In this document: in pieces, positions 33,321-42,658 of the stretch
Position numbering within the stretch: the stretch's first letter is position 1
Layout of the letters: the number at the start of each line of letters is the position of its first letter
Assembly (NCBI GenBank): GCA_900299185.1
Contig: OMIV01000143.1
Span: forward strand, 6,688 to 70,687
DNA length: 64,000 nt
Direction of reading: 5' to 3'
DNA from: Planctomycetaceae bacterium
GTDB lineage: Bacteria > Planctomycetota > Planctomycetia > Planctomycetales > Planctomycetaceae
Program-made: the position numbers and the translations under genes
The notes under the pieces: generated by a model
What the model saw: only the letters and a program-made list of their open reading frames with translations
Told to the model about the DNA's origin: nothing
The model's database searches: none

Positions 33321-36300
33321 GTGACGGGCACGGGCACGTTGTCGATGGCCGGCACGGGTGGCAGTGTGGGACGTGGAACGCTCGGAATTGAGGTACGCGG
33401 CGGCAGCACTGTTTCAGGCGGGACGACGGGAACGATGACGCTCGTCGGGCACGGTGGAGCGACAACCGATACCGACTCGCAAGGTATTCATGTGCGCGAC
33501 GGAATCGTCACTTCGCTCGGCGCGAACGTCAGTCTCACTGGCTTTGGTGGCAATGCAGGTTCGGGAACCGCGTTGGGGGTGCTCGTGAATCGGAACTCGA
33601 CAGAGACGAAAGTCACGGCCGGCGGTTCGGGCAATGTGACCGTGATCGGCACGGGTGGCTCAGGCAGCGGCAATTTGAATGTTGGAGTCGCAGTTGCTGG
33701 AGGCATTATTACATCCAGTGGCGGCAATGTGACCGTCACTGGCATAGGCAGTGGGAACGCGTCCGGGAAATTGAATATCGGTGTCGGTGTTGTGGGCGGG
33801 ACCATCGAAGCAACGGGCTCGGGCACGCTGACGGTGACGGGAACCGGCGGGGCGGGAGCAGCGGCTCACGGAATCGACTTCAACATCACCGGCGCATTTG
33901 GAACTCCACCCGCGAATATCTCGACTGTGAATGGCACTCTCAGCGTGATTGGCACTCCAGGAGCGGGCGATGGTTCGTTCGGCATCAACTTGTGGAAGAA
34001 CGGCACGATTTCAACCACGGGTACTGGCAATGCATCGCTCAAGACGGACAGCCTCGAAATCGACGTTTCAGACACACCAGGCACGATCAACGTCGGTGCC
34101 AATGCGATCAAGATCGTCCCAGCGACCAATGGAGTGACGCTCGACCTATCTTCAGCCGAATATGCTCGCATCTCGGCGGGCAGAATTCTCTACAACGGCA
34201 CAATCGACGGTAAGACGCCGACGTCGAATCCGACAGTCGATCTTTCCGTGAGCACCAATGCAGCCTCTGAATCCGGCCAGACAAAAGTGACCGTGACAGC
34301 AACGGCTTCTGCGGCGGTCAGTGGCGATCAAACCGTGACGGTGGGAGTCAGTGGCAGCGGAATTACATCGAACGATTACACGTTGTCGGGGACGACGATC
34401 ACCATCCCCAGCGGCAAGCAATCGGGCAGTGTGACATTCACGGTGCAAGACGACTCAGAGAACGAAGGCTCCGAGACCGCAACGATCTCGATCTCGAATC
34501 CGTCATCAGGCGTAACGCTCGGTAAGAGCAAGTCTCAAAACGTCGTCATCACAGACAACGATGGTCCGACCTCGGTCGATATACCGCAAACCGGAACCGG
34601 GCCGGTCACGATGAAGTTGGTTGGCGGTAACATCGTCATTACTCAAGACGGCAAGACGTTGGCGCAGATCCCAGCGTCCGATCAGCCCCTTCAAATCAAC
34701 GGCACTGCGGCTAACGATGACGTCTTCATCCTCGACCTCTCTGGCGGCGATCCGACTCCAACAGGCGGGCTGATTTTCAACGGCGGAGCAGGCGGCAATG
34801 ACGTGTTGCGAATTGTCGGCACAGGCCAAGACGCCACGTATTCGCCGGATAGTTTCGTCACCGGCAATGGCGTCATCGAGGTCAACGGTAAGACGATCAC
34901 GTTCGTCGGGCTCGAACCCGTCGACATGTTCGGCTTCGGTACTGTCACACTCAATCTGCCTAACGGAGACGACATCCTCACGGTGACGAATGATGTCGAC
35001 TTCACATTCGGCGGAATGAACCCTGCCATTCGAGTTGCTGGTACGTCCGGCGGTGTGGCTATTGAGACGGTTGCCATCTGGAGCGGTTCCACGCTCGTCA
35101 TCGATACCACTCTGAACTCAGATGGCGACGATAGCATCACGATCAACGGCGCCGATCTGACCGCCGCCAACATCTCGAATCTGACGATCAATACGGGTTC
35201 CGGATCGGATGCCATCGCCATCAATGGTGATGTGACTCTCGACGGCAACTTGGCCATGACCACCGCGGCAGGAGCGATCACTCAAGCAGGCTCAGCCGTC
35301 AGTGTCGGCGGGACGACCACCATCAATACCGGGTCGGCGGACATTGCACTTACCAGCGCAACGAATGACTTCGTTGGCCCTGTCACTCTGACCGGCGCGA
35401 ACATTTCGATCGCCGATGCCAACGACATGACGCTGACCAGCGTCACCGCGTCAGGCGACGTCTTGGTAACAACCGACGACGCACTCACATTGATCGGCAC
35501 GATCAACGCGGGTGATGGCACCATCACGCTCAACGTGAATACGGACGGAGCAGGGGCCGACGACTTCACCATGCTGCCTGGCTCAGTCATCACGACGTTG
35601 AATAGCACCTCGGACGCGGTTGTCATCACGGTTAATAACTTGGGTGGTGGCACAGGCGACGCCATCATCCAACTCATCACTACGGCCAAAGACTGCGGCC
35701 CGACGCTTGGTCGAGTCACCATTGATGCCAACGGCGGAGCAGTTGTCGACGGCAACGCGGGATCGGTGAACGTGGTCTCTGGAGCCACGATTCTGCTCGG
35801 CCAAGAAGGTGTCGGTTCGGCGATCGATACGTTCGATACCGAAGTCGGCATGACCGAAGGCGTCGGTGGTTCGGGCGGCTTCTATGTGCTGAACACCGGC
35901 AATCTGACAGTTGGTGGATTGAGCGCCACGATCGGCATCTCGACCACCACCGGAGACATCGATCTCCGAACGACGGGCTCGCTGACTGTTACGGAAGATG
36001 TCGACTCGACCGGAGCAACCGGCAACATCTTGTTGAGTGCCATCGAGAGCGCTGGATTCGGCAGCGACCTGACGATCAACGACAATCTCTCGATCAGCTC
36101 GCCAGGCGGCAGCATTCAATTGCTGGGCGGCGACAACGTCACGATTGGAACGGGCGGCTCAATCTCAGCACCGACCGGCAGCATCACCATTAGCGGAGAC
36201 AGCGGCGATCTCGATCCCGATGGAGCAAAACTGACAGTTGCCGCGCAGCTTGTGTCTGGCTTGGGAACCGCGATCAACGGCGGCAACGACAACGACAAGT

Positions 36301-39281
36301 ACTCGCTGACTTACCCAACGGGCGTCTTGAATTCGGGAACGGTGACGATCGGTGATACCGGCGGAACTGACGCAGCGACGGTCAGTGGATCCAGCGCCGC
36401 AGATACCTTGTTCTTTACCACGGCCGAGCCTCCAACCACGGCCACGACAGAACAAGTGACGCGCGGCGACGCCGTCTCTGAGCCCATCATTCTGCCGAGC
36501 GGCTTGGAGTCATTTTGGTTCCGCGGTGGAGATGGCGCAGACACCTTCACCGTGCAGCCATCGAAGTTGTTCCCCGTCACTGTGGATGGTGGTAACCCCG
36601 GCGTGGCTCTTGGCGACACGCTCGTGCTCGACACCTTCAGCAACACGTTCTCGTTCGATGGCAAGACCGTCTTGGTGAATGGCGGTACGCCAGCCTTCAA
36701 AGGCGTCACGATCATCAACATTGAAGACATGCCGCTGGAACCAGTCTCAAACGGGCCTGTGCAGCGCTACGACTTCAACGCTCGCACGGTCGTTGGCGGA
36801 GTTTATGTCTCCACGCCGACTCAAACCGGATACACCGGAGTGCAAGCCGACACCCTCTACTCGCAAGGTCTCGGCTACGGTTGGAATGAAGTGCTCGTGC
36901 CGGTGCTTAATGGCACCAACAGCGGTCCCGCTGGAGATCTCGTCAACGACGGGGTGATGTATTCGACGGGTACTTCGGAAGACTGGCCGCTCTTCAAAGC
37001 CGACATCGGCAACGGTTGGGTGCAAGTCACGGTGAACTATGGCCATCCCGAGAAGAACATGGATGGCATGCGAATCGTGAATGTCGACACCAACGAGTAT
37101 GTCGCGACCGGACTATCGACCGACCTGGGCGAATCCGCATCGACGACCTTCTTCGTGCTCGTCACCGATGGCTCGGTCGACCTGAGATTCGAAGACGTCA
37201 CCAACAGTCGCATGATGACGATCAATGGCATCGATCTGCGTCCGGCCAATCTCTTCACCGTCGGCTTCTCGAATGCTCCGACCGGTGCGCTCAATGCTGA
37301 CGGCACCTCGGTCGACCTATTCGACATTGTGGGAGGCCCGATCAACGGCCTCTTTACGGTGTCGGTCACAGCCGGGACGATCGTCAGCAGCGATGCGGAC
37401 TTGAGGATCGATGGCTTCCAAGTGGCGACAGATGGCACCGGAGCCGGCACGATCCAAATCCAACGACCGAGCGCCGTGAGCACGTCACTCGTCGGGATGA
37501 AGACTCCGACCGGCGAAGACATTGGTTGCGTCGCGATCGACTACGCACGAGTCAACAGCCAGCTCTTCGACTTCAACACCACCGAGTCAGCCACCGAGCC
37601 GGGTTACACGCCGGTGCTGACTACGAACGCCTACTCCAGTGCCACGGGATACGGCTGGCTGTCTCAGCCCAACCATTACAGCATGCTGACGCCGCTGGTT
37701 GATCCGCATGCCGACCTGCTCAACGACGGTCATCGCGGCAGCACCGCTGACACGTTCCGAGTGGATCTCGATAACGGCGAGTACGAAGTTCACGTCTACA
37801 TGGGCGACAACGGCGATCATGTTGGTGTAAGCCTCGCCTTGAACGGCACGACGGTACTCAGCAACCAACCGCTGAGCCGAACGAAGATCTTCGATGCCAT
37901 CTACACCGTGACCGTGTCGTCCGAGCAACTCGATCTGACGTTCTCGGCGAACGACAAGTTCTTCAACGATCCGTACTGGGTCGTAAATGCCATCGAGATT
38001 CGTCCGCTGAGCACAGTAACTCCGATCTACATCGAGCCTGTAGGAGATGTTCCAGCCGACGGTTCGACGATCACCACAGTTCAAGCCACGTCTTTGCTGG
38101 CTGCTGGCGCCCAAGTGACGGTCACGTCGACATTGGGAACGATTACTTCGGCGGACGTGAACCCGAATCTCAACGGGATTCAGGTGACGGTGGGAGGTGG
38201 TGGAGCGATCTCGTTCGACATTCAATCGCCCACGCTCGCTGGAGTTCCACAAGTTGAATGGAAGGCCGTTGACGGGTCCGCTCATGGCATCGTGTATGAC
38301 GAGCATTGCTTCGAGTTTGTGATCTTGCCGGTTCGCCGGCTCGACTTTAATCGTGGTTTCAGCAGCAGCACGATGTCAGCCACTGCCGCTGGATTCTTCG
38401 GAGTTCCAACCAACAGCAACTATCAAACAGTGGGCTGGGGCTGGTCGTCACAACCTGGCGACTTCACGACTCCGGTTACGCCCAGTGGAGTGACGACCTC
38501 GGCTCTCTACTCTGACGGACATCACATCGGTGCGATGTTCGATCCACGCACGCTCTATGTCCAAGCCGGCAGCGGCACGACTTATGACGTCCGAGCCTAT
38601 CTCGGCAGCTTCGGAGCAGGTCACGATCCGGTCTATGTAACCGCCGAAGGTACTACTCAAGTTGCCACGATCACTGATTGGAACGAGTTCACGATCGTGA
38701 CGATCTTGGGAGCCACTGACATCAACAACGACGGCTTCATCGGCATCACGTTTGAAGATCGAACGCACTACAACCTCAACGACATCATTCGTCCGTTTGG
38801 TGGCCGCAATGGTTGGGCCATCGTTGGCCTCGACATTGCCGACCAATCCGTCGGTTTGCCGGTCGCCGCGCCGTTACTTGCAGCCGTCAGCCAATCCACA
38901 GCCGCCAAGCAACTCTCGCTCAGCGACGTCAACACATTATTGCCGTTTGCTAAGTCCATAATCGCCGCCACGAACCTCAGTTCCGCGCAACAAATAGCAC
39001 TCGCTGCCGCGAAGATTGAGATCTCTGATCTCAGCCAACTGGGAGCGTTGGGACTGACCGAAGGGCTGCTCATCACCCTTGATGACGATGGAGCTGGTTT
39101 TGGTTGGAACACGAGCATCGACGCCGTTGCGTCCGACGAATACGACCTGCTAACCGTGCTGGCTCATGAGCTGTCTCATGCCATCGGTTGCGACCATTCC
39201 GACTCCGGCTTGATGGCTCCAGTGCTTGATCTCGGAGTGCGATTGGTCGACTTGGACGGCGTATTTGCCTCGGGCTTCTAA
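33321..39281 (+). CDS. giant exported protein B, main body (Gly/Thr-rich beta-helix repeats, Calx-beta, 3 lectin-like modules, C-terminal metzincin motif); frame open from 33252
   Basis: 1986 codons. The track start is GTG 33321 and the first in-frame ATG is 33345. Repeats such as GTGGSGSGNLNVGVAVAGGIITSSGGNVTVTGIGSG. Calx-beta-like segment at ~34233-34563 (ITIPSGKQSGSVTFTVQDDSENEGSETATISISN...NVVITDND). Segment LFFTTAEPPTTATTEQVTRG. Three modules open with YDFN/FDFN/LDFN at ~36762, ~37561 and ~38335. The tail is DDDGAGFGWNT...LLTVLAHELSHAIGCDHSDSGLMAP, with HELSH at 39164-39178. Confidence 0.8.
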   Translation: MTGTGTLSMAGTGGSVGRGTLGIEVRGGSTVSGGTTGTMTLVGHGGATTDTDSQGIHVRDGIVTSLGANVSLTGFGGNAGSGTALGVLVNRNSTETKVTAGGSGNVTVIGTGGSGSGNLNVGVAVAGGIITSSGGNVTVTGIGSGNASGKLNIGVGVVGGTIEATGSGTLTVTGTGGAGAAAHGIDFNITGAFGTPPANISTVNGTLSVIGTPGAGDGSFGINLWKNGTISTTGTGNASLKTDSLEIDVSDTPGTINVGANAIKIVPATNGVTLDLSSAEYARISAGRILYNGTIDGKTPTSNPTVDLSVSTNAASESGQTKVTVTATASAAVSGDQTVTVGVSGSGITSNDYTLSGTTITIPSGKQSGSVTFTVQDDSENEGSETATISISNPSSGVTLGKSKSQNVVITDNDGPTSVDIPQTGTGPVTMKLVGGNIVITQDGKTLAQIPASDQPLQINGTAANDDVFILDLSGGDPTPTGGLIFNGGAGGNDVLRIVGTGQDATYSPDSFVTGNGVIEVNGKTITFVGLEPVDMFGFGTVTLNLPNGDDILTVTNDVDFTFGGMNPAIRVAGTSGGVAIETVAIWSGSTLVIDTTLNSDGDDSITINGADLTAANISNLTINTGSGSDAIAINGDVTLDGNLAMTTAAGAITQAGSAVSVGGTTTINTGSADIALTSATNDFVGPVTLTGANISIADANDMTLTSVTASGDVLVTTDDALTLIGTINAGDGTITLNVNTDGAGADDFTMLPGSVITTLNSTSDAVVITVNNLGGGTGDAIIQLITTAKDCGPTLGRVTIDANGGAVVDGNAGSVNVVSGATILLGQEGVGSAIDTFDTEVGMTEGVGGSGGFYVLNTGNLTVGGLSATIGISTTTGDIDLRTTGSLTVTEDVDSTGATGNILLSAIESAGFGSDLTINDNLSISSPGGSIQLLGGDNVTIGTGGSISAPTGSITISGDSGDLDPDGAKLTVAAQLVSGLGTAINGGNDNDKYSLTYPTGVLNSGTVTIGDTGGTDAATVSGSSAADTLFFTTAEPPTTATTEQVTRGDAVSEPIILPSGLESFWFRGGDGADTFTVQPSKLFPVTVDGGNPGVALGDTLVLDTFSNTFSFDGKTVLVNGGTPAFKGVTIINIEDMPLEPVSNGPVQRYDFNARTVVGGVYVSTPTQTGYTGVQADTLYSQGLGYGWNEVLVPVLNGTNSGPAGDLVNDGVMYSTGTSEDWPLFKADIGNGWVQVTVNYGHPEKNMDGMRIVNVDTNEYVATGLSTDLGESASTTFFVLVTDGSVDLRFEDVTNSRMMTINGIDLRPANLFTVGFSNAPTGALNADGTSVDLFDIVGGPINGLFTVSVTAGTIVSSDADLRIDGFQVATDGTGAGTIQIQRPSAVSTSLVGMKTPTGEDIGCVAIDYARVNSQLFDFNTTESATEPGYTPVLTTNAYSSATGYGWLSQPNHYSMLTPLVDPHADLLNDGHRGSTADTFRVDLDNGEYEVHVYMGDNGDHVGVSLALNGTTVLSNQPLSRTKIFDAIYTVTVSSEQLDLTFSANDKFFNDPYWVVNAIEIRPLSTVTPIYIEPVGDVPADGSTITTVQATSLLAAGAQVTVTSTLGTITSADVNPNLNGIQVTVGGGGAISFDIQSPTLAGVPQVEWKAVDGSAHGIVYDEHCFEFVILPVRRLDFNRGFSSSTMSATAAGFFGVPTNSNYQTVGWGWSSQPGDFTTPVTPSGVTTSALYSDGHHIGAMFDPRTLYVQAGSGTTYDVRAYLGSFGAGHDPVYVTAEGTTQVATITDWNEFTIVTILGATDINNDGFIGITFEDRTHYNLNDIIRPFGGRNGWAIVGLDIADQSVGLPVAAPLLAAVSQSTAAKQLSLSDVNTLLPFAKSIIAATNLSSAQQIALAAAKIEISDLSQLGALGLTEGLLITLDDDGAGFGWNTSIDAVASDEYDLLTVLAHELSHAIGCDHSDSGLMAPVLDLGVRLVDLDGVFASGF

Positions 39282-39636
39282 GCTCAACTCTTGCCGTCAG
39301 AAGCTGCGTTCAAGCAGATCAAAAAGCAAACGATTCTAAGACCGCAAGAGTCTTGGCGCGCTCCCCGCTGACGACGTGATTGTTGGTGTGCGCTGTCCAT
39401 GATTGCCTCACCTTTATCTTCATAGATCTGCCGCAGACAGTGCCCTGAAAGCACCGATGAGATCGTGCCACGAATTGGGTACAACAAACTCAATAGCGTC
39501 CTTGCACGGGGCAGACCTGTTGTAACGACTACATTCCAGTCACAAGGTCGCTCATCCTTTCTGATCCAATTCATTCCATCGACGCCACCTAAGTCGATGG
39601 CACCATACGAGCCTCGTCATTCGTGCCAATTCCCCC

Positions 39637-40815
39637 ATGGAGTTTTTCATGAGACGTCGTTTGATTCCTGGGTCGTGCATCCTCGCTTACGGACTCTTAT
39701 TGGCTTTCGGTTTTGCACAACCAACGATGAAGCCATCAGTCGCTGCGGCAGCGGACGACGACAAGATCGATTTCGAGCGTGCGAAGCAGTTGTTTCGACG
39801 TCGCGAACGTGGCGAGAAGCTGTCCGATGACGAGGCCGCGTATCTCAAACGAGCAATCGAAGCCCGCAATCGAGTCAACAATTCGGCGGGTCAATCGCCG
39901 CGACGAGGAGAACTGACGCCGCGCGAGTCCGTCGGTCTCAAGCCGCTCAATGATATGAAGGCTGACGATCGGTACCTCGGCGAAGACGGCGGTTTGTATG
40001 GCAAAGGTCTCAATACTCCGCCCGATGCCCATCGCCGAGCTGCAGAGAACGAACTTGCTCAAATTCGGCCACTCAATGTTGATGGCAAGCCAGACTCATC
40101 GGGATGCATCGGCTTCATCTCAATCAGCATGTCGAACGCAACGCAGGAGTTTTCGCGCTTCAAACAAGTTGCTGATAACGACGCTGCGAAGTCATCGAAA
40201 CTAACGATCGTTGACTGTGCTCAGGGCGGCCAAGCAATGGCTGAATGGGTCTCGCCGTCAGCACCTGCATGGCGGGAAACTGATCGCCGCTTGCAAGCCG
40301 CTGGAGTCTCGCCGCAGCAGGTGCAAGTTGTGTGGATCAAGCTCGCGAACAAAGGCCCGACCGGTACGTTGGAAGAGCACGGTCGCAAGCTACAACGCGA
40401 CACTCGGGCGGTGCTTCAGAATGCCAAGGCCAAATTCCCAAACGTGCGCATCGCGTATCTGTCGAGCCGCATTTATGGCGGCTACACATCCGGAGCACTG
40501 AATCCGGAACCCTATGCCTATGAGTCCGCGTTTGCCGTGCGCTGGCTGATTCAAGATCAGATCGCCGCACAACAAGAGTTGAACTTCGATCCCAGTCGAG
40601 GAACGGTCAAAGCTCCTCTGTTGTTATGGGGTCCGTATCTTTGGGCTGACGGCACGACACCGCGTCAGCCCGACAAGCTGAGTTACAAAAGAGAAGATCT
40701 CGCCGGCGACGGCACGCATCCCTCCGAACTCGGTCGAGATAAAGTCGCGCGTGTGATGCTGACCTTCTTCAAGAACGATCCGCTGGCGAAATCATGGTTT
40801 GTCGGACAGCGCTAA
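39637..40815 (+). CDS. secreted hypothetical protein, possibly SGNH/GDSL-type hydrolase
   Basis: 392 aa with signal-like MRRRLIPGSCILAYGLLLAFGFA (alternative ATG at 39649). Weak SGNH-like blocks: GFISISMSNATQEF (a possible Ser block) and GDGTHPSELG (DxxH block). The function call is tentative. Confidence 0.5.
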   Translation: MEFFMRRRLIPGSCILAYGLLLAFGFAQPTMKPSVAAAADDDKIDFERAKQLFRRRERGEKLSDDEAAYLKRAIEARNRVNNSAGQSPRRGELTPRESVGLKPLNDMKADDRYLGEDGGLYGKGLNTPPDAHRRAAENELAQIRPLNVDGKPDSSGCIGFISISMSNATQEFSRFKQVADNDAAKSSKLTIVDCAQGGQAMAEWVSPSAPAWRETDRRLQAAGVSPQQVQVVWIKLANKGPTGTLEEHGRKLQRDTRAVLQNAKAKFPNVRIAYLSSRIYGGYTSGALNPEPYAYESAFAVRWLIQDQIAAQQELNFDPSRGTVKAPLLLWGPYLWADGTTPRQPDKLSYKREDLAGDGTHPSELGRDKVARVMLTFFKNDPLAKSWFVGQR

Positions 40816-41292
40816 AGCCGAACATTCTTGGCGTGCTTCAGCTTGAAGAAGCCCTTCGACTGAGCGGCATGCGAGCATCAAGAAAGCCGAGGTCTCCTCG
40901 TCTCTGAAGAATCGTTTTGAGAACCGTATGCCGCCTCCGACCCAACTCGGACAACGACTGCAAGAACCGCCGCCAGAGCATTTCGAGAACTACCGAGCAA
41001 TCAACTAGTCCGTCCCCTGACGGCCTGAGTTCGCTCAGTCTCTACACCATCTCCTAAACCACCACATCGAGTAATAATCACGACACCGTTCGTAAGCCAG
41101 AATTTGGTGTGACTCGACGAAGGGTTGATTCGGCTGGCTGGTCGACGTCAGTAACAAGCACTTCGTTAAATGACGCGAAGTAGTTAGTGCAGATGACACT
41201 GATATTCGCGACAACATTGCAAACGCAGCTCCATCCTGCGGCGGTTACGATCGGGTCGTTCCAAACCAGTGAATTGTTGAAGGAGTAGTCTT

Positions 41293-42144
41293 ATGCGACA
41301 GAACATTCTTATTGCGAATGTGGTGTTGTGCTTCACGGTCTCGCTCTGTTTTGGGCAAGATTACAAGTCCGTGCGAGAGGCTCGGGCGGAAGCGGCGAAA
41401 CATCTGCAAGCTCGGAACTTTGCGGCCGCTCAAGCGCCGCTCGAAGCGGCATTGAAGTTGACGCCCGAAGATGATTTGAAACAGCGGGTCGAGCTCTATC
41501 GCTCATTGATGTCGTCTTACCGCACTCTCAACAACGTCGAAAATATGGTGGAGTCGGTCGAGTACATTCTGACCAATAGCGACGGGCAAACCGAACGGTC
41601 GATCATCGCGACAGATTTCGTGTCGTTCCTCCATCAGCGCGGAAAGACCGACTTTGCAGTGGAGCGGTACGAGACGAAGTTGAAAGAGGATTCGAAAGAT
41701 CCGACAGCACTTGCGGTCTTATCGACGCTCTACCAGCGTGTTATCCGCGAGAAAAAAGAACGCGGACAATTACTGGAAGCCGAACTCAAGAACTTGAATC
41801 GTGAACGCACCATCGCAAAGGCCGAACGACTAGAAAAGGCCGCTGGTGCTGACACCAAAACTGCCGCGTCCAACTGGAAAGACGTTGCCAAGACTTGGCT
41901 CGAAGCGGGTGACAAGGAGAAGGCTAAGGCTGCAGCTGAAAGGTCCGTTCAAGCGAGTCCCGAAGGACGGTCGGATTTGCTAACGATGTACTGGCTCGAA
42001 GGCTTGGGAGATGTCTATGCCGAGCTTGGCGATTCAGCAAAAGCCATCGAACAGTACGAGAAGTCCGTCACCAAAGCCCCGTCCGAACCGCTGAAGAAGT
42101 CGCTTCGAGAAAAGATCGAAAAGCTGCAGAAGTCATCCAAGTAA
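41293..42144 (+). CDS. secreted TPR-like/helical protein
   Basis: 283 aa. ATG is preceded by AAGGAG (41279-41284). Signal peptide MRQNILIANVVLCFTVSLCFGQD. The sequence is helical and Lys/Glu/Ala-rich with TPR-like pairs (e.g. LGDVYAELGDSAKAIEQYEKSVTKAP). Confidence 0.65.
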   Translation: MRQNILIANVVLCFTVSLCFGQDYKSVREARAEAAKHLQARNFAAAQAPLEAALKLTPEDDLKQRVELYRSLMSSYRTLNNVENMVESVEYILTNSDGQTERSIIATDFVSFLHQRGKTDFAVERYETKLKEDSKDPTALAVLSTLYQRVIREKKERGQLLEAELKNLNRERTIAKAERLEKAAGADTKTAASNWKDVAKTWLEAGDKEKAKAAAERSVQASPEGRSDLLTMYWLEGLGDVYAELGDSAKAIEQYEKSVTKAPSEPLKKSLREKIEKLQKSSK

Positions 42145-42658
42145 TTCTAAGTCGTGGGTCCTGCATGTCGTTCAGCTTTTATGGTTATGTCGGCAACGGA
42201 TTGATCGACACCACCCAAGCGACTTAAACGACGGTACTGCTCGGTGAAGCCATATTGCCCGGCTACAGCTATGTCCGCCTTCGTGCCGTGCGAATCATGC
42301 AAATCGCGAATCGGGAGTTGTTGAAGCCTTATGCTGCTCGCGGCGAGGAATGAGGCTTTCCGTTGCTACATTCGCCAGAGCGTGGCGAAGCTGGACCTGA
42401 GTGTGACACGACTACGTTCTGGCGAACGTAGCGACCTCAATCGTGGCCCCGTAAAGAATACGACTTTCCTCAACATCAGAACGAAGTTGATCGTCCGCCG
42501 CAGGTCACTACGGGCGACGAACGTCGTGATGCGACAGCTTGCAACTTGCTCTTGGCACTTTTCTGCGCGTGGCACTGTCGAGACTCGGCCTCCGAATGCG
42601 TTACATAGGAGAGACCGAGCTACGTCGAACGACAGCCCTCACTTCGAAAGCCACCGCG

